Shown piece by piece: positions 23,464-35,700 of a DNA stretch of 64,000 nt. The stretch covers positions 8,618,001 to 8,682,000 of the forward strand of contig NW_025963779.1 in assembly GCF_023055435.1 (NCBI RefSeq), given 5' to 3'. This DNA comes from Haliotis rufescens (taxonomy: Eukaryota). The translations under genes and the position numbers were made by a program. The notes beneath the pieces were generated by a model. That model was not told where the DNA came from and ran no database searches. It saw only the letters and a program-made list of their open reading frames with translations. Numbering within the stretch: position 1 is the stretch's first letter; every line of letters begins with the position of its first letter.

Positions 23464-26400
23464 TTGTATTTGTCACACAATCTGACTACGAAATGAGATC
23501 AGCAGTTGTCGTGCCTGTTAATATCAGTAATACTTTCATAGTAACATAGGCTCTTGTAACAAAATTAATAGCTTTTGGCTGATTACCAACACAAACACCT
23601 TTTTGCCAGAAGTGATTCAACATACGTTATATGATCAATGTCTTGATGCGCTTCTGATATTAAGCATTATGTCACAGTTTCATCATCTGCCCAGTGTTAT
23701 GAACGATATAACGGCACCGTTTCTTTGTGAAAGTATTGACTGAAAAAAGAAACCCTTAGCATGAAATAAGGCATGTTCATCTTCTTCTGTGGTTGTTTCT
23801 TCCACAAAACAGATCAAATAGGCCATAAATCTGTGACAATGTATATAGAAATATTTATCTGAGTGTAGGATACCAACGAAATGAAGGTTTACAGACATTC
23901 CCATAGAAAGATAAGTGAAAAGCCCACGCAAGTGTCAGGATTTGTGAGGAGATTTCACACTAATCTGCCGAACAATTCAAAGAATTTGCATGGAGTAAAA
24001 CTTCGTAATAAACATCGTATACAATAGTGTGGGATTGCAGCTCCCCTCCACTCGAGTCATCCAGCATTTGAGACATACTCGACCACTTACACCCGAATGG
24101 TTCAGATTAACTAATTTCATTGAAGAATGATGTCATCATGTTTCACAATGAAAATCAGTTTCAAGCGAAAAGTATGTACATGTGATTAAAACTTTAGCAC
24201 TTCAAAATGCATTCACTCAGGAAATTGTAAGAACTAATTTCCGTTCCGAATACAATGAACCTCTTGAAGCTCGTGGATTCAGAATAATAGATGTCTGAGC
24301 AAGACCAAAGGCTCCATCAAGCATGGAGGCATTAACGTTCACCATATAAACAAGGCAATTGCAGCAGTGGAAATTGTCCTTATTTTCCTTATCAGATAGC
24401 TAGGAAATCTTACCCCGGAATGCCCCGATGGAACAGTATTTAAAAGTATTCCAGAAGCAAATGAATTTTGTTCTAAGCGTCGAAAAAATGTGGAGATAAT
24501 GTGAAACTAACATGCATGTGTTCTGTTATGCTAGATGTATTAAGGGAAATCTTCAAAATGCAGAAGAACTGTTTCCAGTTAGTTAGTTCATTCTTTGGTG
24601 GTTAGGTCTTAAGGCTGAGCGATATTCTGGAAATATATAAAGACCGGGTTCGACTTCCCAAGGGAAAGACATTGAGTTCCTCTTCAGGGTTTGGACGAAT
24701 AATTGGTAAAAACGATATGACACACTTCTACACTGGTTACTCGCGTTGATCTTAGTACAGATATATGGTTGTTATGAACCATGGTGTTAAACGACTGCAC
24801 TCACTCTCACGTTTGTGAATAAATCTCGTGTGAAGTTTTAATCGGTGCGCATGCATAACGCCATGGTATATCTGTAATGTTGTTGATTGTAGCTTTAAAT
24901 GCCATTCATTCACTCACTCACACATTCGTTCTTGATATTGTTGTAATGTCAAGGACCAAAGCATAAATCTCATTTACTCGCAGTGATATTGATGTAAAGT
25001 TCTTAAAGGTATAAACCTCTTTCACTCACGCACTCACCTCATTTGTAGACGCCCACACCCACAATGATACATCTATAATGTTGATATACACGCACACTTC
25101 GTAGATCAGGGTCAGATTTGTTCTTTAGCAACCAAAGCTTGTCGTGAGCGGCTGCTAACGGGATCGGGCGGTCTTGCTCGCTGACTTGGTTGATACATCT
25201 CATCTTTTCCGGATATGGGCTAGAATACATGTATTTCTGAGTGCGGCGTTAAAAAACAAACAAATAAACAGTTTGTCGGAACATGCACCCAATGTGATGT
25301 TGCTATAATGTTGCTGACCAAGGCATCAACCGTTGCATAAATTATATAACATTCATATACAAAAGAAACGCCATTGTATGTTCGCCATCTCCACGTGTAT
25401 AGCCCTTACCCAGCTTCTACACTGGTTACACGATCAGACATGACCTCATGGTGTATCAGTAATGTTGTTGATTAAAGCTTTCAATACCATTCATTCACTC
25501 ACACACTCCTTCGTGATATTGCTGTAATGTTGCTGACCAAAGCATCCATCTCATCTACTCCCCGTGATATTAATGTATTAATGTTGTTAAAGGCATAAAC
25601 ATCTTTAACTCACGCACTCATTCACATTTGTAGACGTGTACACCCACAATGATACATATGTACTGCTGATGAAGGTATTGAACCTCACCCACTTACACTT
25701 TGTAGATCCGGGTCAGAATTGGTCTTCAGCAACCAATGCTTATTGTAAGCGGCGCCTAACGGGATCGGGCGGTCAGGCTCGCTTACCTGCTGACCCGCTT
25801 ACCGAATATAGCTGGAATATTGCTGAGTGCGGCGTTAAACAACAAACAAATAAACACTTTGTAGAAACGTGCACGAACCGTAATGTTGCTTTCCAAGCAT
25901 GAATTGCTTTCACTCACTCACACAGTATTGCACAAATTATATAGCATCCATATACAAAAGAAACGCTCTTGTATGTTCGCCATCCTCACGTGTATAGCCT
26001 TCGCCCAGCTTAGTGTCCTTCCCACATGAAAAATTGTATTGTTTTAGCGTCGTTTCTCTCAAACATTTCAGTCAACACTAGGGTTTTCAGGCCATTTTGA
26101 CACTTTAATGGGCGGAATAGATGATGCAAAGGGGAAATAACTCTAATTCAGTCAAACTCATTTCCAGGGCATGGGACATTTCGTATCCCCCCTCTGTTGT
26201 GTAGAGAGATTGGTGAACAGGCAGTCACGATGAGGAGCTTCTAATGTAATAACAAAAGAGAGGTAAGGACTTTTCGGAAAATAAAAAAATCCAACATTGC
26301 AAAAACCGTTTACGTCTTGTCTGTCCCTTATTTTTTTCACCCAATATGTTTTCACTTCTCGTAGAAAAAAACCTTTTCCACAATTGTCTAACGGTGTATT

Positions 26401-29400
26401 TTGACAATATACAGTCATCTGTTGTTTTACATTTTTCTCCACATATGTTTTGATGCTGTAAATTTCTTATCTTCTAGGATATTATCCTTGTAAGATTCGC
26501 ATGGAGCCGTGAGTTATTAATAGTTCAAAAATGTCTGACATCTTATAGCCAGGAGCACGTTTTTAAAAACAACTTTGTTTTTATCATAAAATCTGGTGTC
26601 GAATAAAAAAACACTTTATGGGATTTTACTTAATTGGAAAGAGGCCTCCCTGTATGATACAGATCATCTGTGACGTGCTTCACCCACGGGTACACTTAGT
26701 CACTGCGCATGCTGGGCTTCTAAAGTCTCATTCTGATTTCAATCGCTTCATGATACTTTGACTTTAACTCAAGTCAATCAAACTCCGACAATAACCCCAC
26801 CAATGTCCTGTTCAGGTCATTCCGTACCATGTAGCCTGGGGATGATACGCCTTACGTTGTCCTTTCATTGCTGCCATGATGTATGTATTCCGGGTCGGTT
26901 TGTCAAAAACGGAGTCTGGAACAGACAATATGTGGATTGCGATCATGAGCATGCTCGTCATTGGAACCGACTAAATGACTGACTGATTGGATTCTCCGAA
27001 ATTGCCCCAAGCTTAATATATAAACTAAAACGAACCCGGATTGACAAAAAGAACTGTCATATGAACTAAACTATATTTTAATCGGATAAACCTGTATTCC
27101 CAAAACGGAAAACTTACAGTTTTAAGTTATTTGGCCAGGTAGGTTTCCATATCTCATTATCATTTTCAAAAAAGAATAATTTAAGGCCATAGAGGAACTT
27201 TGTAAAAGCGTTTTGTGGCGAATATGTGGTGGACAGAATTTTTCAGACGAACCATTGACGTGCCTTCGCATGTGTTTGTGATGGGTGCCTCTGTTTGGGC
27301 AGGATGCGATCATCTTTTCGTGAGCTCCTTATATAATCATTATTTGATAGTGGCTCATAAACATTTAGTCGTTGAAGATTCGGAATCGTACAATTGACTG
27401 AGATTTCATATGCTTATAAAAACTTTACAAAGAGTTTTGTTGTTTTATTAAACAATATATATGCCAACCCTCTTTGTCCTACTAACATGACATGGTCCCT
27501 TATAACCCAAGTAAACATGCATTGCATTATTAATAACGATTTATCGAAGCATTTTATAGTTCTATTGAAACAATGCGTATGTAGGCGGTGAGTCGCGGAA
27601 AATGGGCTGTGACATCCCACTGTTTTGACGGGACACAGAGACTCATATTTTCTATCTTCTTTCAAATTAACTGTCTGGTTGTCATTCACGTCCTGCAGGT
27701 CTTTTGTTATTAACTGACCGTGCTCTCTATCTTGTCATTAAAGTTTGGGATTATATCCATATTATTTTCACATTAACTGTTCATTTTTGAAGAGAGAATG
27801 GGAAGGATTGCAAGTTGAATCAGAGATCTTATTGCATAGCGTCACTTGTTTCCGATTCAGATAGGGTGCCCTCAGTGTTCAGTAATGCAAGAGTTAAGAT
27901 TGACAGATGTCCTCCTGTTTCTCGGTGTATTTCTAAGCTGTTGTCCTTAAAAGGAGATTGATCATTGGCCGTAGGCTGTTTTTGTCCCCAACAGCGCTCA
28001 TGACGCGACCCTTGAACACCGTGATACGTGCACTTCAACATATAGAATTTCTAATGTCAAAGCAAGCGTTCCAACATACCATATTTCACAGCGGATTAAA
28101 AGACATGGTGTCGCAATTATGATAAGGCACGGTTAAATGTTTGACGTTTAAATTTTGACATGTAAAATAAGTATCCGTTTCATGGGCTGACATTCCATCA
28201 TACAATCTCATCCCGTCCACGAACCCTACAGGACGTGGCGATGAAATTTACACCCGAGAACTGATTTATTGCACTCAAAGGTGTTTGATAGCGTAATGTC
28301 CGTTTTAAAAGCATCGTATTTGTAACGTTTCCTGTGCCGACATTCGCAAGATATTACCGTCTTCACGCTTTTGAACTAAGATTAATAAAAAACATTTCAA
28401 TCAAAGCTGCCCCCGGAACTAAGTTTGTCATAAACGAAATTTTGTAATTTGGGGAACGTATTTAAATCTTCGTTTGCAGCATTCGTGCTTTAGAGGTACA
28501 AATAAAAGTCAGTGATGCGTTATTTTGCATGCTATCTCATTACCTATTGAAAAAGTTAACTGCTACACACAGTTAAAAGATATAATGCAAAACCTTATCA
28601 AGTTAAATGAACTAAATCAGATTTCGATTGAAATAGTTTTTAAACTCGTCCTTCGGTTCTCTTGACTCGCGTAATTTTGACGTCATGATTGTCGCAGAAT
28701 TTGAATAGACTCGAGAACACAAGCATATTTTCTTAACAATGGCTCATACGAAACATTGTTTTGCTGTTTACATAACGTGTTTGTTATCATATGGTATTTA
28801 ATATATATAAGACGAAATTGAGATAATCAATGATAAAAGATCCTCGTAAGGATACCAACCTTTGTGGAGATATCGAAACGAGTTTGAAGGAATAACTGAT
28901 TAATAGAAACAGGTTATGAGCAATGATAAAATCCAAAGAACTCAGAAATTGGGAAATCAAGAATCGCTTCCTGCTTTCCCGTAATCCAGCCACAGATGCC
29001 CTTTACTTAGAGGATGATATGCAAACTAAAACGAATTGGTGAGTGAGTGTAGTTACAACGAAGCTCTAGATTTATCGGAATCAGTGAAGCAAAAACTAGC
29101 CTAGCCTTTGGAATGGTCCTTGCCAAACAACACATCGCTCAGATTGACTGCAAGGAAATGATTCAAATTTAAGGAGGCACCGATTTTTTAAAATCTTCAT
29201 GTGAAACGTTTCTTTGAAAGATACGATTATTTATCTTGTTCGTAATCAGGGAAGTCGAGGAAAGGGATGAAGTGCAATCGGGAAAATAATCATTCTGAAC
29301 CAAATATCGAACTAGCTTCAGAGACGAAGTGGAATTACATTGGAAGCAAAAGCGAAATATTCGTTTGCTCAATTATCTAAGTCGGTTGGTTGTTCTTTGT

Positions 29401-30200
29401 TTCGTCTTCATATCCTGGATTGAGTATCATGAGATTTGTACAACTTGATCTTAAATTCAGTGGATACGTCTTTTGAAATTACTATAGTATACAATGTTCA
29501 TTTGATTTTACACGAATCATATATTATATGTATCGTATATATGTAACACATTTATAGTCACTGATAAGCATGGGCTGCTGAAGGACAGTTCTAACACGTC
29601 ATCATTTTACTGTACTGACATAATAATATTAAAGTCTGTTTGTCGGAGAAAGGTAAAGTTCTGAAAATTTTCTTGTCTGGGTTTAAAATAATAAGTTGTG
29701 CTGTATCGGCGTCTTCTTTTGTTCTGTGACTGAGTTTGTGAAATTTATAATCACCCATGTAGGGAATCGAACCTGGATCTTGGGCGTGATGAGAGAAGCC
29801 AGTAGACTACGCCACCGCCCCTCTTTGACTAGAACTGGCAATCAAGTGTCGTAACGTTACACAACGAACACACGTTGGGCTGTATAGACATGTCTCCAGA
29901 CACATTAGCCTGGGATGGATACGTAAAGTACAAACCCAGGGTCTTCTTCCACAAAGCATTCGGTACTCGTGTAACCGAACTTTATGAGACAACGCAGTTT
30001 CACGTGGTTTTACGTTACGTTTGGCGTTGGGAATTCATAACGTCGAACACCAGGAAATATTAAATCAAATTAAAACGATGACAATAGAGAGTAAACTAAG
30101 GTGTATGCTTGGGATATAATGCTAATTCTCCCCTCTTGATTATCCCTGAAGTAAATGAGAGTTGTTACACTACATGACCTTTTGAATCATTAAGTGTAGG

Positions 30201-30463
30201 ACCTGTGAAGATCTGCAGTAGAATAGGTCTTCAGCAACCCATGCTTGCCGTAAAAGGTGACTATGCTTGTCGTAAGAGGCGACTAACGGGATCGGGTGGT
30301 CAGGCTCGCTGACTTGGTTGAAGCATGTCATCGACCCCAATTGTACGGATCGATGCTCATGATATCAATCACTGGATTGTCTTGTCCTGACTCGATTATG
30401 TACAGACCGCCCTAATATAGCTGGAATATTGCTGAGTGCGGCGTAAAACAACAAACCAAAACC
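30201..30463 (+). mobile_element. Family-1 short repeat, near full-length copy, same insertion site as in unit 2
   Basis: Same body; flanks CTTGATTATCCC and CTTAACTATCCC. Confidence 0.88.
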
Positions 30464-31094
30464 TTAACTATCCCTACATGAATAGTGCACTGGGCCATCT
30501 CCATCACAGTTAAACTTCAGAGACAATATTGTCACTTTTTTTGTTTGGACATCATTCAATATTTCGACAAAAGGTCATTTGTCTCATCTCAATTATTCAA
30601 GAGATACTTCCTCTATTCTAGTGATTAAGATGTCTTCAAGATGTTTAATGATTGATACATGTAATAGTAATATATTTCTAAAACATTTGAAATGTTCAGT
30701 ATGTGAAGCACATTTGAACTTTTCTTGTAACTGTCTAATTGAATGGAAATCACATATTTTTCTTTAAGTCTCAGTCTAAAAAGAAAGAAAATAGTGCCGT
30801 CAATTATTTTTAGACAGCCAATGAAAACGCGATGACACAGCTCTTCACTCGCAGCCAGCCAATCAAATTGCGTAAACAAACATAAACCACTACGAATAAA
30901 CCACGTGCACGGCTGGCGATTGGAGACCACGCCATGTTATGGGAGAAACAAACTGTAACTTCATGTATATGTAGTGTATATATGACGCCTCAGGGTTTCA
31001 CGGATTACAGTCTGGATAACTAGGTCACTTTCACCAGGGTGAAGACGAACGTTGGGTTCTCAAAGTGGTTAATAAGACTTTTGTCTGGACATAC

Positions 31095-32740
31095 ATACGT
31101 TTATTGGAGACTTATCAAGACGGCTTAAGAAAGGAACATTCAACAGTAGACAATATCTATATACTGCAAAGTGTCCTGCTGAAATTCATCACCAAAGGAA
31201 AAGGAAAAGTATACTGTGCATTTGTAGATTCTAAAAAGGCATTTCATATGGTTACCCGAAACAAGTTTCTATACTCCATGCTTCAGAATGGAAGTTATTG
31301 AACATATTTCAAGATTATAAAGAATATGTATGATGATGTCGAATAAACTGTATCCGTGGACCATTGAAAGAAACTACCTAAATTTGTGAAGAATACCTAT
31401 GGTTAACACAAGGCTGTGCACTTAGCCCTCTGTATTATTCTCCTTGTTCATTAATGAACTCGCTACCCTTTTTAACAGTTCATGTAAGACGGTGTAATTA
31501 CCTATATCGGAGGAAATGCATAACATGAATTTGCTGCTCTTTGCTGATGATATGGTTTTGGTGGCTGATACTGTTATCAACTTCAAAATATACTTCAAGA
31601 CTATTATATAATGTGGGGTATGGATATCAATATAGAAAAAAGTAAAGCGTTTGTAAGTAAGTTTTAGAAATGGGCATACCATGATAAACCAAATGCAGTT
31701 GTTAATGCATATAAATACCTGGGTCATGTCATGCCTCCCAAGTTAGCATGGTCAAATGCCATCAATGCATTGTCCTAACAAGCCAATAAAACTCTCTATA
31801 AAATCGCTTATAAGGAGTTATGATATATCGATTCCGATCCTTTTTCAGATGTTTGACAAGAAGATTGTACCTATTCTGACATCTGGTAAGAAATTTGGGG
31901 ATTTACTGTCAGTTAATACATTGATATCGTACATAGAAAAAAATTGTAAATATTTTGAGTTTATTATATAGAACCCTAAACTGTGTTACATATGGGGAGA
32001 CTTGTAGATATTCTCTATGTGAGTTAAGTAATGATGATGCATTATATTAAAAATGTAAAGTGCCGGAAGATGAAAACCATATTTTGTAACACCATAAGTG
32101 ATGTGTTACGCCCAAAGAGAAAAGACAACATGTATCACAACATTTGATCTATTTGTTCAATCCCTAATTCAGATTTTCTTATTAAACCACGGGAAGAATT
32201 GTAAACTAATTGTAACTCTCTCTAGACAACATTTGTAATTATGTTTGTACTTTAGGGCTTGGCCAGATCAACAAATAAACTTTTTCTTCTGTCTGTCTGT
32301 CTGTCTGTCTGTTTGTTTGTCTGCTTGTTCACTCGAAGGTACATCTCAAATGATGGAAGCGTGGTACAGCAATATTTATTCTTTATTTATACTTTAAGGC
32401 TTGGCCAGATCAACGAATAAACTTTTCTTCTGTCTGTCTTCGTCTATTGACAATGTCACATCAGAGATACCCTTATCAATGCTATAGAATGTTAGTTAGT
32501 AACTATAATTGATAAGAAACGCAAAAATGGGTCTACCAACGTAAGAAAGATAGTATCTTTATTTCAACATGGTTTTGTGTATGTGTGGATTGCACTGGAA
32601 TTGGGCGACCCTGTTAGATTTATGTATACTTTAATGTATACAGAAATCGAATGATAGACTACCCACAAACTGGTCTGCTATGCTTCACAGCACATCATTA
32701 GATATGAAAAGTGACCAGGCTTGAACTACGAATACACTTT
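31095..32740 (+). mobile_element. Decayed LINE RT and 3' end with internal rearrangement, unit 4
   Basis: ORF 31065-31301 (QDGLRKEHSTVDNIYILQ...CAFVDSKKAF) and NLLLFADDMVLVAD. The 3' end is duplicated at about 32250 and 32395. Confidence 0.87.
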
Positions 32741-35700
32741 TTTGTCTGTCTGTCTGTCTGTCCAAAAGCATATGCTTGTTCACTCGAAGGTACATCTCAC
32801 ATGATGTAAGGGTGGTACAGCAATATTTATTCATTACCTATGTTTTTGAATATCACGAGTTTGAAAACATAATGCATCTGTGCAACGTTATTGAGTAACA
32901 ATAAAAGGTTTTACAACTTAAAAGGGAAATATTTGATGCTGATTCCGATCTAGTAACATGCTTCATGTATATGTGTGCACTGGTGATTAAATGTCTTATT
33001 TTGAGAGGGTGGGTTCGAATCAAACTAAAACCAAACATGTTTTAGAATTTGTACTTTACTTAGGAAGTTTACATCGTAATACCAAATATAAGATATGTTA
33101 CATTTGTCTGCTTTCTAAAAAGCATTGCTTATTCATGTGGATCAGACACCACGACTAGCTTGCAGCAGTCGTCTCAATATGTTGTTGTTTTATGTCTGTA
33201 CCTTCTTGGTGAGTTGAGATCATAATTAGGTTTTAATACCTTTGGCCACTTCAGCATATTGCCCGTTGCTACATTTTTCTATACAGTTTGGTGTTTTTCA
33301 TTGTCGATAATACACTTAGGCTCAAATAATCTTTCCTGGAGTGTCTTCAAAGGTTGTTCCTGTAACGTCATATAGGTGGACTAGAACTGGAAGGTCTATG
33401 AAGACCAGAAATTCACGAACTGTTGAAATACTTCTGTGATTATGTTGATGTAACAGCTGACATTTACCCTTCTTCCTTGTAGGCGCGGGGAGCGGAAGGT
33501 CGGTGGTTCGATTCTCAGTCGCGTCTTACCAAAAGACGTTGAAAGATAGTATCTGTTTCCCTGCTTGGCTGAAAAAGTTCTGTAAGGTCTATGAAGCCCA
33601 GAAATTCACGAACTGCTGCAATACTTCTGGTATTATGTTGATGTTACAGCTGACATAGTATGTAGTATACAGATATGCATATAGAAATATCAATATGAGT
33701 GTAGGAAACCAACGATATAAAGGTTTTACAGATATTCCGATAGAAAGATAAGTGATAAGCCCACGCAAGTGTCAGTTTTTTTAGGAAATTTTACACTAAT
33801 CTGCCGAACAGGTCAAAGAATTTGCATGGGGTAAAACTTCGTAATAAACATCGTATACAAAAGTGTGCGATTTAACCTCCCCACAACTCGAGTCATCCGG
33901 CATTTGAGACACGCTCGACCACTTACATCCGAATGGTTCAGATTAACTAATTTCATTAAAGAATGATGTCATCATGTTTCACAATGAAAATCAGTTTCAA
34001 GTCACAAAGTATGTACACGTGATTAAAACTTGAGCACTTTAAAATGCATTCACACAGGAAATTGTGAGAACTAATTTCCGTTCTGAATGCAATGAACCTC
34101 TTGAAACTCGTGGATTCAGAATAATAGATGTCTGCCCAAGACCAAAGGCTCCATCAAGTATTGAGGAATTAACGTTCACCATATAAACAAGGCAATTGCA
34201 GTGGAAATTGTCCTTATTTTCCTTATCAGATAGCGAGGAAATCTTACCCTGGAATGCCCCGATGGTAAAGTATGTGAAAGTATTCCAGAAGCAAATTTAG
34301 TTTGTTCTCAGAGGGGACGAAATGTGGAGATAATGTGACATGCATGTGTTGTGTTATGCTTAATGTAGTAAGGGAAAATTGTCTAAATGCAGATGAACTG
34401 TTTCCAGTTAGTTAGTTCATGCTTTGTTGGTTAGGTCTTGAGGCTGAGCGTTATTCTGGAAATATATAAAGACCGGGTTCGACTCCCAAAGGGAAAGACA
34501 TTGAGTTCCTGTTCAGGGTTTGGACAAATAATTGGTAAAAGAGACATGACACACTTTTCAAAAACAATTTTGATTTGATCATAAAATCTGATGTCACATG
34601 AAAGATACTTTTATGGGATTTTACTTAACTGGAATGATCATCTATGACGTTCTTCACCCACGGGTACACTTAGTCTCATTCTCATTTCAATTGCTTCATA
34701 ATAGTGTTAAGATATTGATACGTTAACTCAAGCCAATCAAATCCGATTGGAAGCATCCTTTCCTGGTAACACAGCCAGTGTCAATGTACAGATCACTCGC
34801 TACCGTGTAGCCTGGAGATGCTATCTATTCCTTTCATTGTCCTTTCATTGACACCCAGTTTTGTTTGTTTGTTTTAACGCCGCACTCAGTATTCCAGCTG
34901 TATGAGGGCGGTTTTTAAATAATGGTGTCTGGAACAGACACGATAAGGATTGACATCATGAGCATCGATCTTCGCAAATGGGATACGATGATATGCATCA
35001 ACCAAGTCAGCCCGTCAGACCACCCGTTACCGTTAGTCGCCTCTTACTACAAGCATGGGTTGCTGAATAGACCCCTAGTTCTCGATGCCTGTTATTGGAA
35101 GACACTTAATGAGGATTGTATGGTTGCAGTTTGTTGGCTGACTGATTAGATTCTCCGAAAATGCTCCAAGCTTAATATATAAACTAAACCGAACGCACAT
35201 TAAAAAAGAACTGTCATATGATCTAAACTATATTTGGTATGGATATTCCTGCATTCCCCAAATCTTGCAGTTTGGAGTTATTGGCCCAGAAAGGTTTACA
35301 TATTGTATTATTCTTTTAACGAAATGATAATTAAAGGCTTTAGCGAAACGATTTGAAACTGTTTTATCTTGGATATGAGGAGGACGGAATTTTTCAGAAG
35401 AGGAATTGACGTGCAGTTTCATGTGTTTGTGACAGGTGCCACTGGCGAGGCAGGATGCGTGCACCTTTTCTCGAACTCCTCATATGATCATTATTTGATA
35501 GCGAGTCATAAACACCTAGTCGTGGTATATTCGGAATCGTACAATGGACTCTGCTTTTAGCAGAAATTTCTTAAAAGAGTTTTGTCGTTTAGTTAACTAG
35601 TGAATGCCAACTGCTTTGTACTACTAACATGACATAGTCCCCCATAACCCAACAATACCTGAATGGTGTTATAATCAACGATTTATCGAAGCCTTTCAAA

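Larger units (their letters stand above)
15242..24000. repeat. Unit 3 (type C)
   Basis: Anchor to anchor. Shares variants with unit 5 (ORF-track pairs 17185/34922 and 21778/38667). Confidence 0.85.
24001..33836. repeat. Unit 4 (D-like start to 25413, then type B')
   Basis: 24700-25413 matches D-type sequence (41520-42220). From 25414 it matches unit 2 starting at 6708. Confidence 0.85.
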
